Shown: positions 50,801 through 64,000 of the stretch, piece after piece
Layout: the number at the start of each line of letters is the position of its first letter
Numbering within the stretch: position 1 is the stretch's first letter
Source: Balanoglossus misakiensis
Lineage: Eukaryota > Animalia > Hemichordata
Direction: 5' to 3'
Assembly: GCA_040954595.2 (NCBI GenBank)
Contig: CM082578.2
Location: forward strand, 12,586,520-12,650,519
Length of the DNA: 64,000 nucleotides
Position numbers and translations under genes: made by a program
Notes under the pieces: model-generated
Told to the model about the DNA's origin: nothing
Seen by the model: the letters and a program-made list of their open reading frames with translations, nothing else
The model's database searches: none

Positions 50801-53800
50801 AAATACAAGTTTTGGATTGTGCTATGAACTAGAATAGTTGTCAAAAAATATTTTCCAACTCTATCACCTTATAAGTAATGCATGCTTTATTTATATCGAA
50901 TATCATCATCATCATCATCATCATCATCATCTTCTTCTTCTTCTTGACAGCACTACTGCACTGTCTACCATTCACCATCAACACATACACACCCACACAC
51001 ACAAACCAGCAAATGTCAATGTGTCTGTACAACCCACTTTTCCGTACCTCGTCACGCAGCATGGAGGACAGGAAGTTCATCATGACACTGTGCTTCCTGG
51101 GATACTTCATACACAGGGACTTGATGGCCTGCACCACCACGACCTTGAACTCATCGGAGATCTCCGACATGAAGCTGGAGATCTGCTTCATCAGACGATC
51201 CACACTGCTCTCACTGCCGGTCTGTGGGGGGAGAGACAAAGTCAGACAATTTAGTGAATATTTGGGAGGCATGTATAGAGACCCAATTCTCTGCATAGTC
51301 AGTCACTTGCCGCTGAAACTTGAATACCTGTGATGAAAAATCAGCCCCAATAGTTGAAAATCTCACCTATGTTTATATATGATTGTGATCAATGGAAGTG
51401 CTCTGTTAACACACTCACCTTGAGCAACGTTGTGATAGCCAGAGTGGCAATGCTCCTGTTGACGTCCGTGATGAGATTCTCCAAGTCCAGGTTGCAGGCA
51501 GTGACGGCCGCAGGGTGAGACATGGCAACCTGGGTGACAAAAGACCAGACAGGGATTGAAAAGCTTCCGATATGAACAGCTGTTTATTTTTGGAGATTCA
51601 TGAGCCTATAACAAACCTTGTTGAGGGTCTTGGTGGCAGCAAATCTCAGCGTTGGTTTTGGGGAACTCAGAAACAGCTGTAAGACAGAGACTGCCGGTGC
51701 CAGCTCTCTGGCTGTTGTGTTCTGCATGTTGACAATGGCGTGGGCTGCTTCATATATCACCATCTGTAAGAGACAGCATGATTAGTGCATCTTGTCCAAT
51801 TTGTTTTTCAATATATTTTTATTACTGTTTGGGTTTTTTGTTCATATACTGGGATTTTAGTCTTACAAATAACCAACTTACCTCACTCTTGTGGCGAAGG
51901 CAACTTTCAATGAAATCAAACATTGGACTGTCGTGTCTGCCAATGAAACAAGAAAAGAACGTTCAAATCTCACATTTTCACATCGGTTAACTAGAGTTCA
52001 AAATCACTGATGAATGGTGACAAGTTTGAATCCACAAAAATTCATGTTATACTGCGGAAATCTGCCAACTTCGAGCATAACTGGGCATAGTGATGTGAAG
52101 CTGCCCACATGGAAACAACTTTGCACAAACATGAGAAATGCTGTCTGTATGAATTCCGTCTGTTCTTGGGTGGGAGAAAAGGATGATCACTATCAATCAT
52201 ATATATCTAAATAAGATAAAAAAGCGACAAATTTCTGGATCAAGTTACACTGCTTACCCTGCATCCTCTTCTACAAGTAGTTTGCATGCAATGCGGATCT
52301 GTAATGAAAACAAGGATTAAGAATTCACTCAGGCTTCATTATCTATATAATTTTCCCGCATGTGAGGTTGATTTATGAGAAATGCACGCCCTGAAGGGAG
52401 AAGTCTGCCAACCTCTGCTTCATGCCCTTTGTCTTTGCTATGTAGTCAAAGCAACAGTGCCCTCTTTCAACAACATTCCTCTTATAGTTTAACAAGCTTT
52501 GCAAAGTCTGTTGAAGTGCTTGAGTGATTGCAACACTGGCGAATAAATCATAATTTCATCTGACTCACCAACATGCACACAGCATAGGGCGACTTCAGTG
52601 CTTGTCTGCTGTACTTGGCCACCAGTTTGGAGACGGCAAGACGGTCGTTCTTTTTGATGTGATACAGCAGACCCAACGCGTGGTACTGCACCATGACATT
52701 ATCACTGGAGACTGCCTCTGTTGCTTCGTTCACCCAACGCTTCACAACATCATAGCTTGTCTTCATCAAATGCTATGTGAATACAAATAATTCATTTTTT
52801 TTTAATCACACACATTTCTGCATTTTTCCCTGGCAGAGAAAATTCTGCTTGTTAATATTAATGCCTTTTTAGTTGAAGTTGGTTTCCAGTAAAACAAAGC
52901 AATATTATTCCAGTCAATTTTACACGAGGGCAGTTTGCATAATTAAAAGCGATAAAACTTGTAGACCAAACAGAAAGAAATGTGCTTCTGCTTCCAATAC
53001 AGACCACCACAAGACTCACCCACCCAGTATATAAAAGACTTACCAAAGACGAAACAAGGGCAGCGCTGGACACAGCGTGTACTTTATCCACGATCGCCTG
53101 CTTCATGTAACGCTCGATGCTCTGCAACATTGTACTCTGAAAGAAGCGACATCAATGGACTGCAATGAGTTCACGGCAGACACACAGGAAATTGTTTGAA
53201 GTGCATGTTCACAACGATTCCGGTAAAAAGCAGCAGCAGTCAAATTAGACGTTTGAAACACTTTCTCTTGTCAAAAAACTATATTATCATGATTGTTTTG
53301 ATCTCAATTGCCACTTCTGATTTTCATCTAGTCCGCAAATTGTTTACACTTATCAACTGTGTTTCATAGATTCCCTTCACACAGCTCAACCCACTCTGAT
53401 GCAGGACACAGAGATGTTCAGCGCGACCTGCCACAACTTACATCAGTGATCTTGCACAGGGCCCTGATGGCAGCAGCCCTGAACATGTCCTCTTTGCCCG
53501 TCATGTCCTTGGTAAGACTGCTGGTCACAATGATGACATCTTCTGCAATATTCGCCATCTCCTTGATGGTCAAGTACACCATACGACGCAGTGTGGGCTG
53601 AAAGAAACGACAGGTGGGGAACATGGTGAAACAATCGGCCATTGTGAAGAGCGCCCTCTGGAGTCAACTGTACATACCGGTACCTCCATAAATGCCCTCT
53701 GTTCTAATATGGAGCATTCTACTATGACAAATAAACTTCCGTGATACAAGAATATTTTCGATACTATAATTTATATGAAAATATATTGGATTGATAAAAA

Positions 53801-55535
53801 CAAAGTGACAGGAGAAATACTTGGACGCTGAAACACTGTCCCCAATTAAATTACTCACGTCATGGGACTGGAACAGCTTGGTCATGGCGAAGAAAGTTTC
53901 CGTAGCTTCCATCGTGCCGATGTGTTCTCCCTGTTGAGACATGCAATTTTAAGACGGTGTTAATGTTACCATCTAGAGCAGGATGAATATTATGAGGAAG
54001 AAAGAACAGCCAAGAAAAGGAGTGCATGAATGAATGAATGATGATATCATGATATGCTCACAAGTTACCCACCACTTGTGGTGAAGCCGAATTATTCCCT
54101 CTACTTTGACTTACGTGTATCAATGTATCTCAAAAATATCTGATGACATAACTTGTGATACAGAATTACACATGTACGTAGACTGTGCACTTTGATTATG
54201 ATTCAGTTATCTTTTAGTACCGGGTAAGTACAACACCATAAATCATGTATGACAAAAGTATAACTAATGCAACATGAAAGATGGAAACTTTGTTCTCTTC
54301 TAGTCTACAGCCACCCAAAAAAGTAGAGAAAAAAAAAACAAGCAGTGAATTACCTCCTACAGTAATCATAATCCAAATGAGTCAGTTAGAAAAGAAATAA
54401 AAAGAGAGAAAACAAAGATAATGCAATCAAAGTAATCAGAGGAGCGACATAGGAAAGCAGATAAAAGAAGTAAATACGGTTCACATCCGTGCAAAGATAC
54501 AAGAAAGTCCAAATGTTGGTGGTTTGAATGCCGGTGGACTTAAACTTTTGAGAGGGGTGTCACAACAATCTTCAGGCAGGTTGAGATGTAAAGCAGCATC
54601 AAGGCAGAAGAAAACGAACGACTTACAGTGTTAATTAGATACAGAATCTTGGTCAGCGTGTGACAGCATCTCCTTGGATTGATAGGTGTGTCATTAAAGT
54701 TACGTGCCTGAAACAAAATAATACTGTTATTTTATCTTTATTGTAGACTGCAGTAGAATATAGTACTAAGTACAGATCCCACAACATGGAAAGCAATATG
54801 GTCAATACGCAACTCTCAGAGATGCACAAAACTACAGTACAAGACAAGGCACTGCAATTGAGTGAACAATATCTGTATCTCTCGACTCTGTTTACGGAGT
54901 GATGTGATTGGCACGGGGCCACAATGTTGTAAGTCTTATGTGATTATTTGTGTGTTTTTTGCTTTGTTATATCAAAGTCGTTGACACTGCTTAGTGCTAA
55001 ACCTCATGGTAACAGGGGACTGTACCTCTTATAATTTTAGAATGGAGACAGTCAACTGTTCAAACTGATACTGACCTCTTGCAAAACAGAACTCTTTTCC
55101 AAGTGTGCATATGGGTTGGATGAGCCTGCAGAGTGAAAATGAATGACAGAGAGTTAGAGACAAGCTAGATTACTTGAACCCCCTCCCCTGTTAGTATCTA
55201 TGTAGGTACCACATCATATGTTCATCAACAATCCATTGGTATACAACACCAGGAAATGAATGGTTAGAAATGAAGATTTATTGTCAAAGAACTCATTTCT
55301 TTGGAAGACAAGCTCTTTTGGTCATTCAAGGTTACACCGTTACCCCGTAAGGTCAATGATCTGTGAGACAGGAGAAATCATATCTGTCCTACACAAACAC
55401 TGTCAATTCAATCTTAAAATTTATATACATGTATACGGAAGTTGATAGAAGATCACTGACTCTTTCATTTGTCAGAAGGTAACTGAAATGTCTCCACTTA
55501 CTATCCTCCTCATCCTTCTTGTCTCTCTTCAACAT
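47839..55535 (-). CDS. COPG: Coatomer subunit gamma (COPI gamma-COP)
   Basis: 22 phase-compatible exons: 55535-55502, 55125-55076, 54707-54627, 53930-53859, 53597-53442, 53136-53044, 52772-52569, 52298-52258, 51936-51882, 51763-51617, 51529-51419, 51221-51048, 50781-50538, 50382-50307, 50168-50065, 49966-49835, 49621-49559, 49441-49299, 49104-48936, 48813-48716, 48347-48212, 48071-47839. Conserved stretches include [50 protein letters not shown] and [13 protein letters not shown]. Confidence 0.98.
50901..50944. repeat. (CAT)n(CTT)n microsatellite in a COPG intron
   Basis: Direct reading. Confidence 0.9.
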
Positions 55536-55616
55536 ATGCATTTTCCTTCGATCTAAAACCACAGATATTTACGAAAGTCAAAACGATATTGTGCTCTTCC
55601 TGTCGACTACACACCG

Positions 55617-55625
55617 GCCACGTCA
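55617..55625 (-). promoter_or_regulatory. TGACGTGGC (UPRE / CREB3-XBP1 type site) in the COPG promoter
   Basis: Plus-strand GCCACGTCA about 85 bp upstream of the COPG ATG. Confidence 0.5.
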
Positions 55626-56566
55626 CTTCTTTATACTGCGCATACTACAGCGCATGTATGGTGCTGCTAAAGCAAAGCATCATGGGAAGAGTTCTCATAT
55701 TGCGCCCTCAACATATGTCTCATAGAATTCTTTCTCGGCATGATACACATATAATCATGTTTTTTGGCTGTAAATTCCGGCATTTATTACTGACATAATG
55801 CTGTTTTTTTTAAAAAACAGGCACCAACACATATGTAATATTTTCAGTTTTTAAAATTACAAATCTCAATTAAAATTAATCATAAAAATTACAATTCTTT
55901 TCTGTGATTGAACTCAAATTTCCAATTTCCATGTACAATGTAAATATCATTTATAACGAAAAATAGATTACGCGTTAGTATATACGTATACTTCAGACAT
56001 AGCAACAGTCCTTGCTGTGAACAGTTGGCTAAAGTAAACCTAAACTTCCCATAAGTGCGACTAAGCTGGAATCATGTGGCGTGAAATAAGTCCCCGGCAA
56101 CAAGGTCATTTCCACTGAGGAAACTACAAAACCACTTCAAGCCATCGTTAGTTTCTTCGACTAGACATGGGCAGTAGGTTTCGACCAATTATACCAGAGA
56201 AAAGTAGTTTGTATTACGACCATTAAAGTATTCCAGTGCATGCATTTTACAACTCGAAGAGTAGTATACACAAATTCGCAGTCATTCGTCCATCAATAGG
56301 CGTCTCTCTCATTACAAGACCAATTTAAAAAGTTGACGAAACCCCCATGGCTATGTGATCCCTTTCCCCCAAATTGATGTCGTCAGAGGGTCTGCCCTTC
56401 GATAAGGTCGTGAGAACAAAGTAAAGTGTTTATAAGCCATGGCCTTTTGAGAATGTGTTTACAAGAAAGCGAAATCGGATCTTAGAAAATCTTCAACATT
56501 TCCCCCCAGTTCTCACCACTGTCGGACCATCTGTGTGAAGTGCCAAAATTTGTGAAGTACCAAAAA

Positions 56567-59442
56567 ATGGCGGTGTGCAATTCAAGCTCGCGCGGAGGTC
56601 TGTTCGTGCTCTACGTTTGTCTCTTGTTGGCCGATGTTTCGGCGGGCAACCCCTCAGTCAATTACACCCTCCAAGATGTAGCAGAGACCAGTACGTGCCA
56701 GTATATATTCAACGTGCCCGCCGCGGACTCTGATCAAAATGGCTGCGCCACCACTTCGACCGACACCATGGCAGCGCTGGAGAACTTGAGGGAGGAAAAC
56801 AGCAGGCAGAGCGACCGACTTGAGAAACTGGAGGAACGACTCGTAAGAGCCGAAGCTGAATTGCTGAATCAGTCGAATCGAATCAGCGACGTGCTTTCGA
56901 GAGCGATGACCAGTAACAGAGGTATTTTATCATTTTGAAATTTAAAAACACTTTTCTTGCAAAGGTCCGACGCCCACATTTCAAGTTGTCCTGGTTTTAG
57001 CCGTTGGCAGAAATCCATCATGAAATCTTTTCTGTCAAGTTGGTCAGTTTATGTGGTCCGTGCTTGAGAACTACACCCTCCCACACCCTTTCTGGAATTG
57101 CGCTGTTTTTGGTCACATTTATTCACATGACCGTATTATAAATGTTATAATAAAGTGGGATATGGGGTTTCTGAAACACGCATAGTATATTTGATTATTT
57201 CTGTGTTTTAGCGATGACGCATTCGTTACCTCGTACTCTGCACTTCAGCACGTCACGATTTGCGTAAAAATAATTTTGATTTATGACTAATTTGAGTAAA
57301 CAAAGAACGGACCAATGCCAAGGATGGACCCCGGGGGCTGTTATTGTATCGTATGGCGGGGAAGGACCAGGATCATTTCTCTTATAGCGGTTTTTACAAT
57401 CTTTTGCTTGGGGAACGGAGAGAGTGTCATTACTTATTTGTTCCGGAGCCGCTGATTTATGCCTGTATTGCCTTGGTGCATTGAAATCTAGGGAAGATCG
57501 ACCACCAATATAAAAATGTGCAATATTAAATGCTTTTAATAACCGCCGCAATTATGTAACTCGGTTCCTGGCGTAGACGTGGTATGACAAGACCCGATCT
57601 ATTATTAGAACGATCAAATCGAACGAATTTAATAAGAGTTTACGATATACATGTACACGAATTATATTGTTGTGTAGGCGCCACAAAACATGATGTAAAA
57701 TTGTGCTATGAGAGAAAACTGACGAGAGAGCCCCGCCCTCGGACGCAGGTTGTGCTAATACGTAGCTCTGTCACCATAATGTCTCGTGAAAAGAATTGCA
57801 TGATGTGGGCAAATGTGTCGCCATGTAAACGAAAAAATGCAAGAAAAGAGCGCTATTTTCCGAACAAGGCGGTGCACTTTTTGTGGTACCGACCCCACTT
57901 TCTGCCGGTCCACCTCCCTTGTAATAAGTGAAAGTTTCCTAAATCCACAATAAACTTGGAATGGGCACCAGAGCCTCGAAAGAAAACTTAATAAAGTTTG
58001 TAAATGCGCATGTGCAATATTGCCAACAGTAGCCATAGAATAATTCTGCCACTGATTCGAAGCATGTAATTACTGTAACTTTAGAATCAGCATAATAACT
58101 CACGTCGGATTTTTTAGTGAATTTTGTGAATGGGTCCGCGATAGCAGAAATATTTGAAAATCTCCACTGTACACTTTTTCCCTTTCACTTTTCCTTCACT
58201 TCATTTTAACGTGTTTGTTTTGTCTTCTCGTCAGCAGAGAAGAAAACTTGCGGTGATCCGTGGGTAACGTACAACGGCTCCTGTTACTGGTTTGCCATGA
58301 AAGGTCAGTCGACCAGCTGGCAAAATGCTCGGTTGTTCTGCCAAGTCATGAGTGAGGGCGCCGATCTCGTGGTGGTCAACAGCAAAGAAGAAATGGCGAT
58401 GATAGAGGCTTATGTGGACGTGCTCGATGCGACGAACAGTTGGTGGCTAGGATGCACAAATAATCCGGTAAGATGGAGGACACGCGTAGACAGTTATTTT
58501 TGCCACACGGCAATATGCCCCTCCCCCCAAAAGAATGTTATAAACTGTCCGAGTCTTGCCTATGGCCACATCTTTCTTTCTTTCCTTCTTTCCCCGCTTC
58601 TCTCGCTCCCTCCTCTTCTCTCTCTCTCCCTCTCTCTCTCTCTCTCTCCCACGCAAAGATATGACATTCGCTCCGCTATATTTGAGAAGGGAGTCGTTTC
58701 ATTAAAAACATCGTTTATACAAAACTCTTGATTCAGGCCTATAGAACAAACGCACACAAGTATACCGTATATCAACTGCATTTCTGTTTCCATATCCGGT
58801 GAACTGCAGCGGTAGTATAGCTGGGGGGACACACCGCTATTTATAGAGCAATTAAAGAATTGGTGGAATACTGAATCCAAAGCTAACCTATATTTCAATT
58901 TTGATTGTCATGGAAGCTGTGTCGGGGATACGATGTGACATTTTAGATAGATGGAGGTGAATATTTTTCCCGCCGTGGGGTTGGGTTGATTTATTGGACA
59001 ATTGGTACATACGTCACTCTCCACACATCATGGGTACATATTTGTTTTTTACACTTGGTGATGATCCTGCATATCAAAGAAATGACGTTTGTGCACGTCA
59101 TTACACCACACTGAGCTAAAAAATGCCGCGAAATGCCGACCATTATTTCATAATATAATGCTCTCAAAGAAAAGCATTTTAAAGCTGGACTGGGAAACAC
59201 ATGATACATCCCACCATGTATAGTTTGTGAGTTTTTCTGCGTGTTTTTCCCCGTTACAGAACGGCAAGTGGAAGTGCATCGACGGCAACGATCTGACCTA
59301 CACCAACTGGTCACCCGGTCATCCAAGCCGTCGAACAAATCGCTGCATCCATATGTGGAGACTCAATAACCAGTCGTGGAACGACGCCCACTGCAATCAA
59401 GACTGGGCTTTCATATGCGAAAAGAAACTGGGCGTTGAATGA
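56567..59442 (+). CDS. Secreted coiled-coil plus C-type lectin domain protein
   Basis: Exon 56567-56921 (signal peptide, CQYIFNVP...C, coiled coil); exon 58235/58238-58467 (NAGNAG acceptor; CGDPWVTYNGSCY, SWQNARLFC, WWLG); exon 59260-59442 (YTNWSPGHPS, C.HMW, WNDAHC...FICEK). Confidence 0.92.
58612..58649. repeat. (CT)n microsatellite in a lectin intron
   Basis: Direct reading. Confidence 0.85.
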
Positions 59443-61441
59443 GAAGTTGAATGAGTGTTCACGCCCTGCACTTATTAATATCCGATTATGATTCGATTTA
59501 CCCGGAGATGAGCAAATTACTCGTCCCAGTTGGTCGGACATATTGCGACTTGCTCTTCTGGGACACGTGTTTATGTCTTCAGTATTTCTAACATGTCCGG
59601 GAACGCAAGCATACACGCCCTTTAACGCATTGATGATGTTACCCTTTTAAGAAATAACAAGTCGTTGATTATAGAACAAGTCTTAACGACTTGGCTGGGT
59701 AGTTTGCTGGTTTATTATAGCTGATATGACATGTATACTATTAAATAGATAATTGTATAATCGGAAAATATAATCCTGCGGATTTTTCTAGTATCTTGTC
59801 TTATTTCCTTCGACGAACAGCAAATTAGCAAGGCGAAAATCGTCAGTGGTATCTCGAGATACCTCGCTCAGGGTCATGGGGTCAACCGTACCAAGGTTGT
59901 CGACTTTCTTGTCAACGGCCATATGATTAGCCGCTTTAATTGAAGTGCCGTTGTTCCACTATTTTACGGCATCCTTATGTTTTTGTCCCTTTATTTCATA
60001 TAAAAATTCCCGCGTTATATTAAACACCGGATGCTGTACTCGACCCTGTGATACCTGATCTGCCCTTTATCTTTCCTCGAAACACATGTGACACCTGAAA
60101 GTGTGAGAAGTGCTTTATGCTTTACATGTGTATCTATGCGTGGTAATAGTGAATGAAAAGCGGGTCATACCTCTTGACCCGTGTCTAAAAAAAGAAATAT
60201 TTCGACCGCATTAAACGACAAATTCGATTATTATCCAACATATGAATTACACGTGAGTCCTGATAATCTGTGGGTGTGTGTCTCGGAGGGGTGGGGCGGG
60301 GTGATTCATTTCGTTCCGTTTCATCTCGTGTTATCATTAAAGGGGCTCGTATAAGCTTAATCTGAACAGAAGAAAGTCGTTTCACTGGATTTATTTTAAC
60401 GGTAAGCAAAAAAAACTACTTCCCAGTATAGGTACAGGTGTAAATCCGAACAGTACACAATATAGTGACGAAATGTTGACCCAGAATCGGAAACGTACCT
60501 TGGTCTTTTATATACTACTTCATAGAATGTTTGCCCATAATGGTGAAATTGACAGCTATGAACTAAGGGATTGGCCCGGGTGAACGTGTTATGAAGGTTG
60601 AACATGAAAACGGGCAGTAGTTGACTGTTTGCAGTGTTTGGTTCTACGTGTCAACAAGTTATAATTCATCGCGCCGTTACAACACGATAAAAATGTGACC
60701 ATATGTTCGTGGTTAATAGCATCAAATGCGATTGTCGATCCAATTAATGTCCGAGGAATAACCTTAAATCAAGTTGCAAATAAAAATCAAGCCTTTAATT
60801 GTGTTTCTATCCGACTATCAATAAATCGGATCCAGGAGAAAAAAGTGATATATTTACACTGTGAGGGCTGTGCGTCGTTATTGCCAATGACAGCCGGGGA
60901 AACTGTTACCTGCGTCAAGCGGTGTAAACCCACCGCTGTCATGGAGATCCGCTGGCAGGCAACCAATCGGCGTGAGTGATGGATATGACGGAAGTAGTAA
61001 AATGTCGAGAGGTGGCAACGTGACGACGGGGTTAAAACCGTATCTGTCGCTAATCATCCATGTACTGCCGCTGTATGAATGGAGAAGCGAAGACCGGTCG
61101 GCGACAACAATCGGAAAGTCGAAACGGCCACTGGAATTCGAAAGGAGGAGGGAAAAAAACCGCGCAGTCAGGACAGACCCCTGAAATATCATGCCAATAC
61201 ATACACCGCCGGCGCTGATGAGTAGATGAGTTATATTCCACGTTTGGTCCCGTCACTCACTCTGAAATCGGTTTGACATAAACCATACCTGTATCGCTTG
61301 TGGCAAAATTACTGCAAGGACGTATATCAAAAATATATCACCAACATGGTGTATATAATAAGCATTCCTGGGACTACCTCGTCGAAAGTAAGTCTTGGTG
61401 GTGGTAAAGTAGGAGAAGGAGGAGGAGGAAGCCTTGTAACC

Positions 61442-61646
61442 ATGAATGGATTCGTTGGCAGCGCGACCGACTCAAAGATATGGGACATTCACGACGAAGG
61501 GTTGGACTACTACGAGAACCACAGCACAGACATCACGTCGACCAATGTCTGGATCAAGCAACAGTTTCCGTCCCTCGTCCGGCACTGGCAGTCGACCACG
61601 GCTGAAGGTACACCCCTGCAGATTTTGGCAGTCGGATCAGGGAGAG
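61442..61646 (+). CDS. Histamine N-methyltransferase-like SAM-dependent methyltransferase, first exon; the rest probably lies beyond the right edge
   Basis: MNGFVGSATDSKIWDIHDEGLDYYENHSTD...FPSLV...LQILAVGSGRG followed by donor gtaat. Parallels HNMT (FLNHSTE...KILSIGGGAG, SAM motif I). TATA-like TATATAA at about 61352. Confidence 0.7.
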
Positions 61647-64000
61647 GTAATTTGCTCTTGTCCGCTCATATTAACTTTACTTTGGCTATCGGTGGTAGTT
61701 GATAGAGATACGGGAATGAAGAGAAGGTACATGTAGATTGATTTTAATGTAAACGTCAAGTTGGTGGACTGTACGTGACCAGTCTATGTGGTGACGATTG
61801 TAGCTGAACATGAGAGAAGTATATCACACTCATTTAATTTTCATATTTTTGTGATGGCAACAACTCACAATACACGATTGTTAACTTATACGTCGCAAAT
61901 GGCTTACCAGTAATTGATTGTGACTTTGTACGAAGCCCCCCCCCCCCCCCGCAAGTAAGCGTCTCGAAAACATGATCCACAGGTATAAGAAACGATTGGT
62001 CAACAACGTTTTAAAGTCGTTTGTGAGCATGGGTGGTAGGACCCAGTTTGTTTCCCAGCTGTACAGTTTTCAGGTTATGTCGGCGTCAAATGGCTATAGT
62101 TCACGACGTGACGTGAGCGCCAGTGAATAGCACATGCAACAGGTCGGACACTATATAGTTATACACTTCTATAGTCGAGCACTGACAAACTGCACCATCC
62201 GTGCGTTGTTGCCGTCGCTTCTACGGAAAAATAAACCGGGTCGCTCAATACCAATAGCGGCGGCGTATATATGGAAAGAACACAAGTTGGACGTCAACTT
62301 GATAAGTTTGTGGAGTGACCGTGGTCTGTCAAAGTGTGGTCGTAGTAGCAGCTGAGAATAAATATTATTTTCGTTGGCGAAGGAACTGGGACAAAAATTG
62401 AAGCGATTTCGCCTTGTTCGTGTAGTAGTTTGATGGAGTCGGTCATATTCTGGTTGTGACAAATATATTAGTTATTTGTTCAATTATTTACTTGTATGTT
62501 TCCAACAGCGTTTGATAACCAGCTGATACTCGCCCCCTTGGTGAGCACATTTGCATGATATATATTTCGTTTGAATGAAAAATCATGAAAACAACGCAAA
62601 AATTTCCGTACCGTAGAGCTTTAATACTCCATGACAAGAACGGCAGATTATTGTCACCGAGAGGTCAGAATCCAAAACGCGGCTTCTGTTCAAGGAGGGA
62701 CGCATTTTACCAGTCAAGAACCCACAGCCAACCAAGACACCTGCGAAAAAAATTGAACACGCATTTTGCGTCGTCAACTTCCAATTTGCGCGAAAGTTAC
62801 ACGTGTTGCACATGCGCAATGTATTGGCAAAGACGTATTAAAACTCTTAAGTAGAACTGGTTAATAATCGGCATAACATTAGACTGGAAGTTGTAACAAA
62901 ATCCGTTTAAAAATAATCATGCTTTCGATCCATCGACAATAAATTTCAGACGAGAAAACGCAGTTTCAAAATAACAGTGACAGAAAACACAGTCCGACTA
63001 TTCGACTTGTTACTCTCTGCATGTGGCCATAAAATACTCTGGCGTGAGAGATAAAAAAGGTGAAGGCTGTCATGAACTCGAATTGCGGCGGATATTTTCG
63101 GATCAAAAACGACAATACTGACAGCTACAAATCGCACGTCAGCGCAGAGAAAGGACAGAGCGCGCACAGACGAGACCCGCTTCATTCAAGTCCTTTCAGC
63201 TTTTTGAAATCACGGACAAATCAGCTTATCAATGTATTCTTCTCGAGCGCAAGAATAGAGATTTCATTCAGGTGGGGAAGGCAGCGACAAATGCACTGTT
63301 TGGAAAAGAGGAGACGATACAATGACACGGAGAGGAACAGCTTTCAAATGACAACATTGCCGGGTGGAAAACAGCTTGCCCGATGCCACACACGCGCCTC
63401 CGCGGGAAAACTCCCCTTCGCCTATGTATTTGGATACTGGTGTTTGCCTTCATTGCAACAAATAGTCCATGGACCGAAATTATTCAGAAACCGCGGGAAG
63501 CTTGTTCCCTATGGTTAATATCGCACGCCATTAAATGCTTAGAAACGAAAGCAGTAATTCGAAAGCAGTAATTAATCGGGTAATTAATGTGTATTTAGTG
63601 TATTTGTGTGAGCAACACGACACCGACGACAAACTAAATTCAGGGGGAGGAGGTAGTTTAAATTTGTAGATTTTTGGGTTGGGGTGTATCGCCTCTGTCA
63701 TGGAAATTGCATGGGGTCTAAATCAATAAATTTTAGACCCACTATTACTAGCCACGGATTCATATGAAACACGGTTGGGGCCAACGGTATACGATATTTT
63801 CTGACCCACTTCAAGACCCGAACCTCTAAATTAATACCAACTTTAAGAGGTTAGTTCTGACCCTTGCAAACTCAACTTCAGGTCAAGATTCTGACATTTA
63901 CGGTGGAAAAGACGGCGAGAAAATTAGGATCTTCCACTTCAAACTTCATATCCCCATATTCATCAATACACAGACCATTCCACCCAATACCAAACGACAG

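Noticed and set aside
52358-52470. Hairpin ending in ACA in a COPG intron as an H/ACA snoRNA
   Set aside because: No convincing H box or target complementarity.
57120-58140. Probable transposon remnants in lectin intron 1 (similar patches at about 62050-64000)
   Set aside because: No paired termini, target site duplication or transposase ORF could be defined by eye.

Overview
Gene-dense, intron-rich animal (eukaryotic) genomic DNA with GT-AG introns and an AT-rich background. Gene content and repeat style suggest an invertebrate deuterostome, possibly a hemichordate or echinoderm (inference). I reconstructed these spliced genes by hand, left to right: the 5' part of an SRPK kinase (minus, runs off the left edge); an intron-containing tRNA-Leu(CAA); PUS7 (plus, 17 coding exons), whose sixth coding-region intron hosts an antisense single-coding-exon LRR-Ig-EGF-FN3-TM receptor gene; an SLC37/GlpT-type MFS transporter (minus); an ankyrin-SOCS box gene (plus); a glycine-transporter-like SLC6 gene (minus); coatomer gamma COPG (minus, 22 exons); a secreted coiled-coil/C-type lectin (plus); and the first exon of a histamine N-methyltransferase-like gene (plus, runs off the right edge). 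Microsatellites, a MITE and a palindromic element are also present. The most interesting features are the nested receptor with an unusual domain set, the angiopoietin-like-N-terminus/CTLD lectin, candidate alternative SRPK first exons, SRPK-PUS7 microsynteny with human 7q22, and a hairpin element sitting in a 46-bp repeat array beside the tRNA gene. I saw no CRISPR array or prokaryotic-type system.
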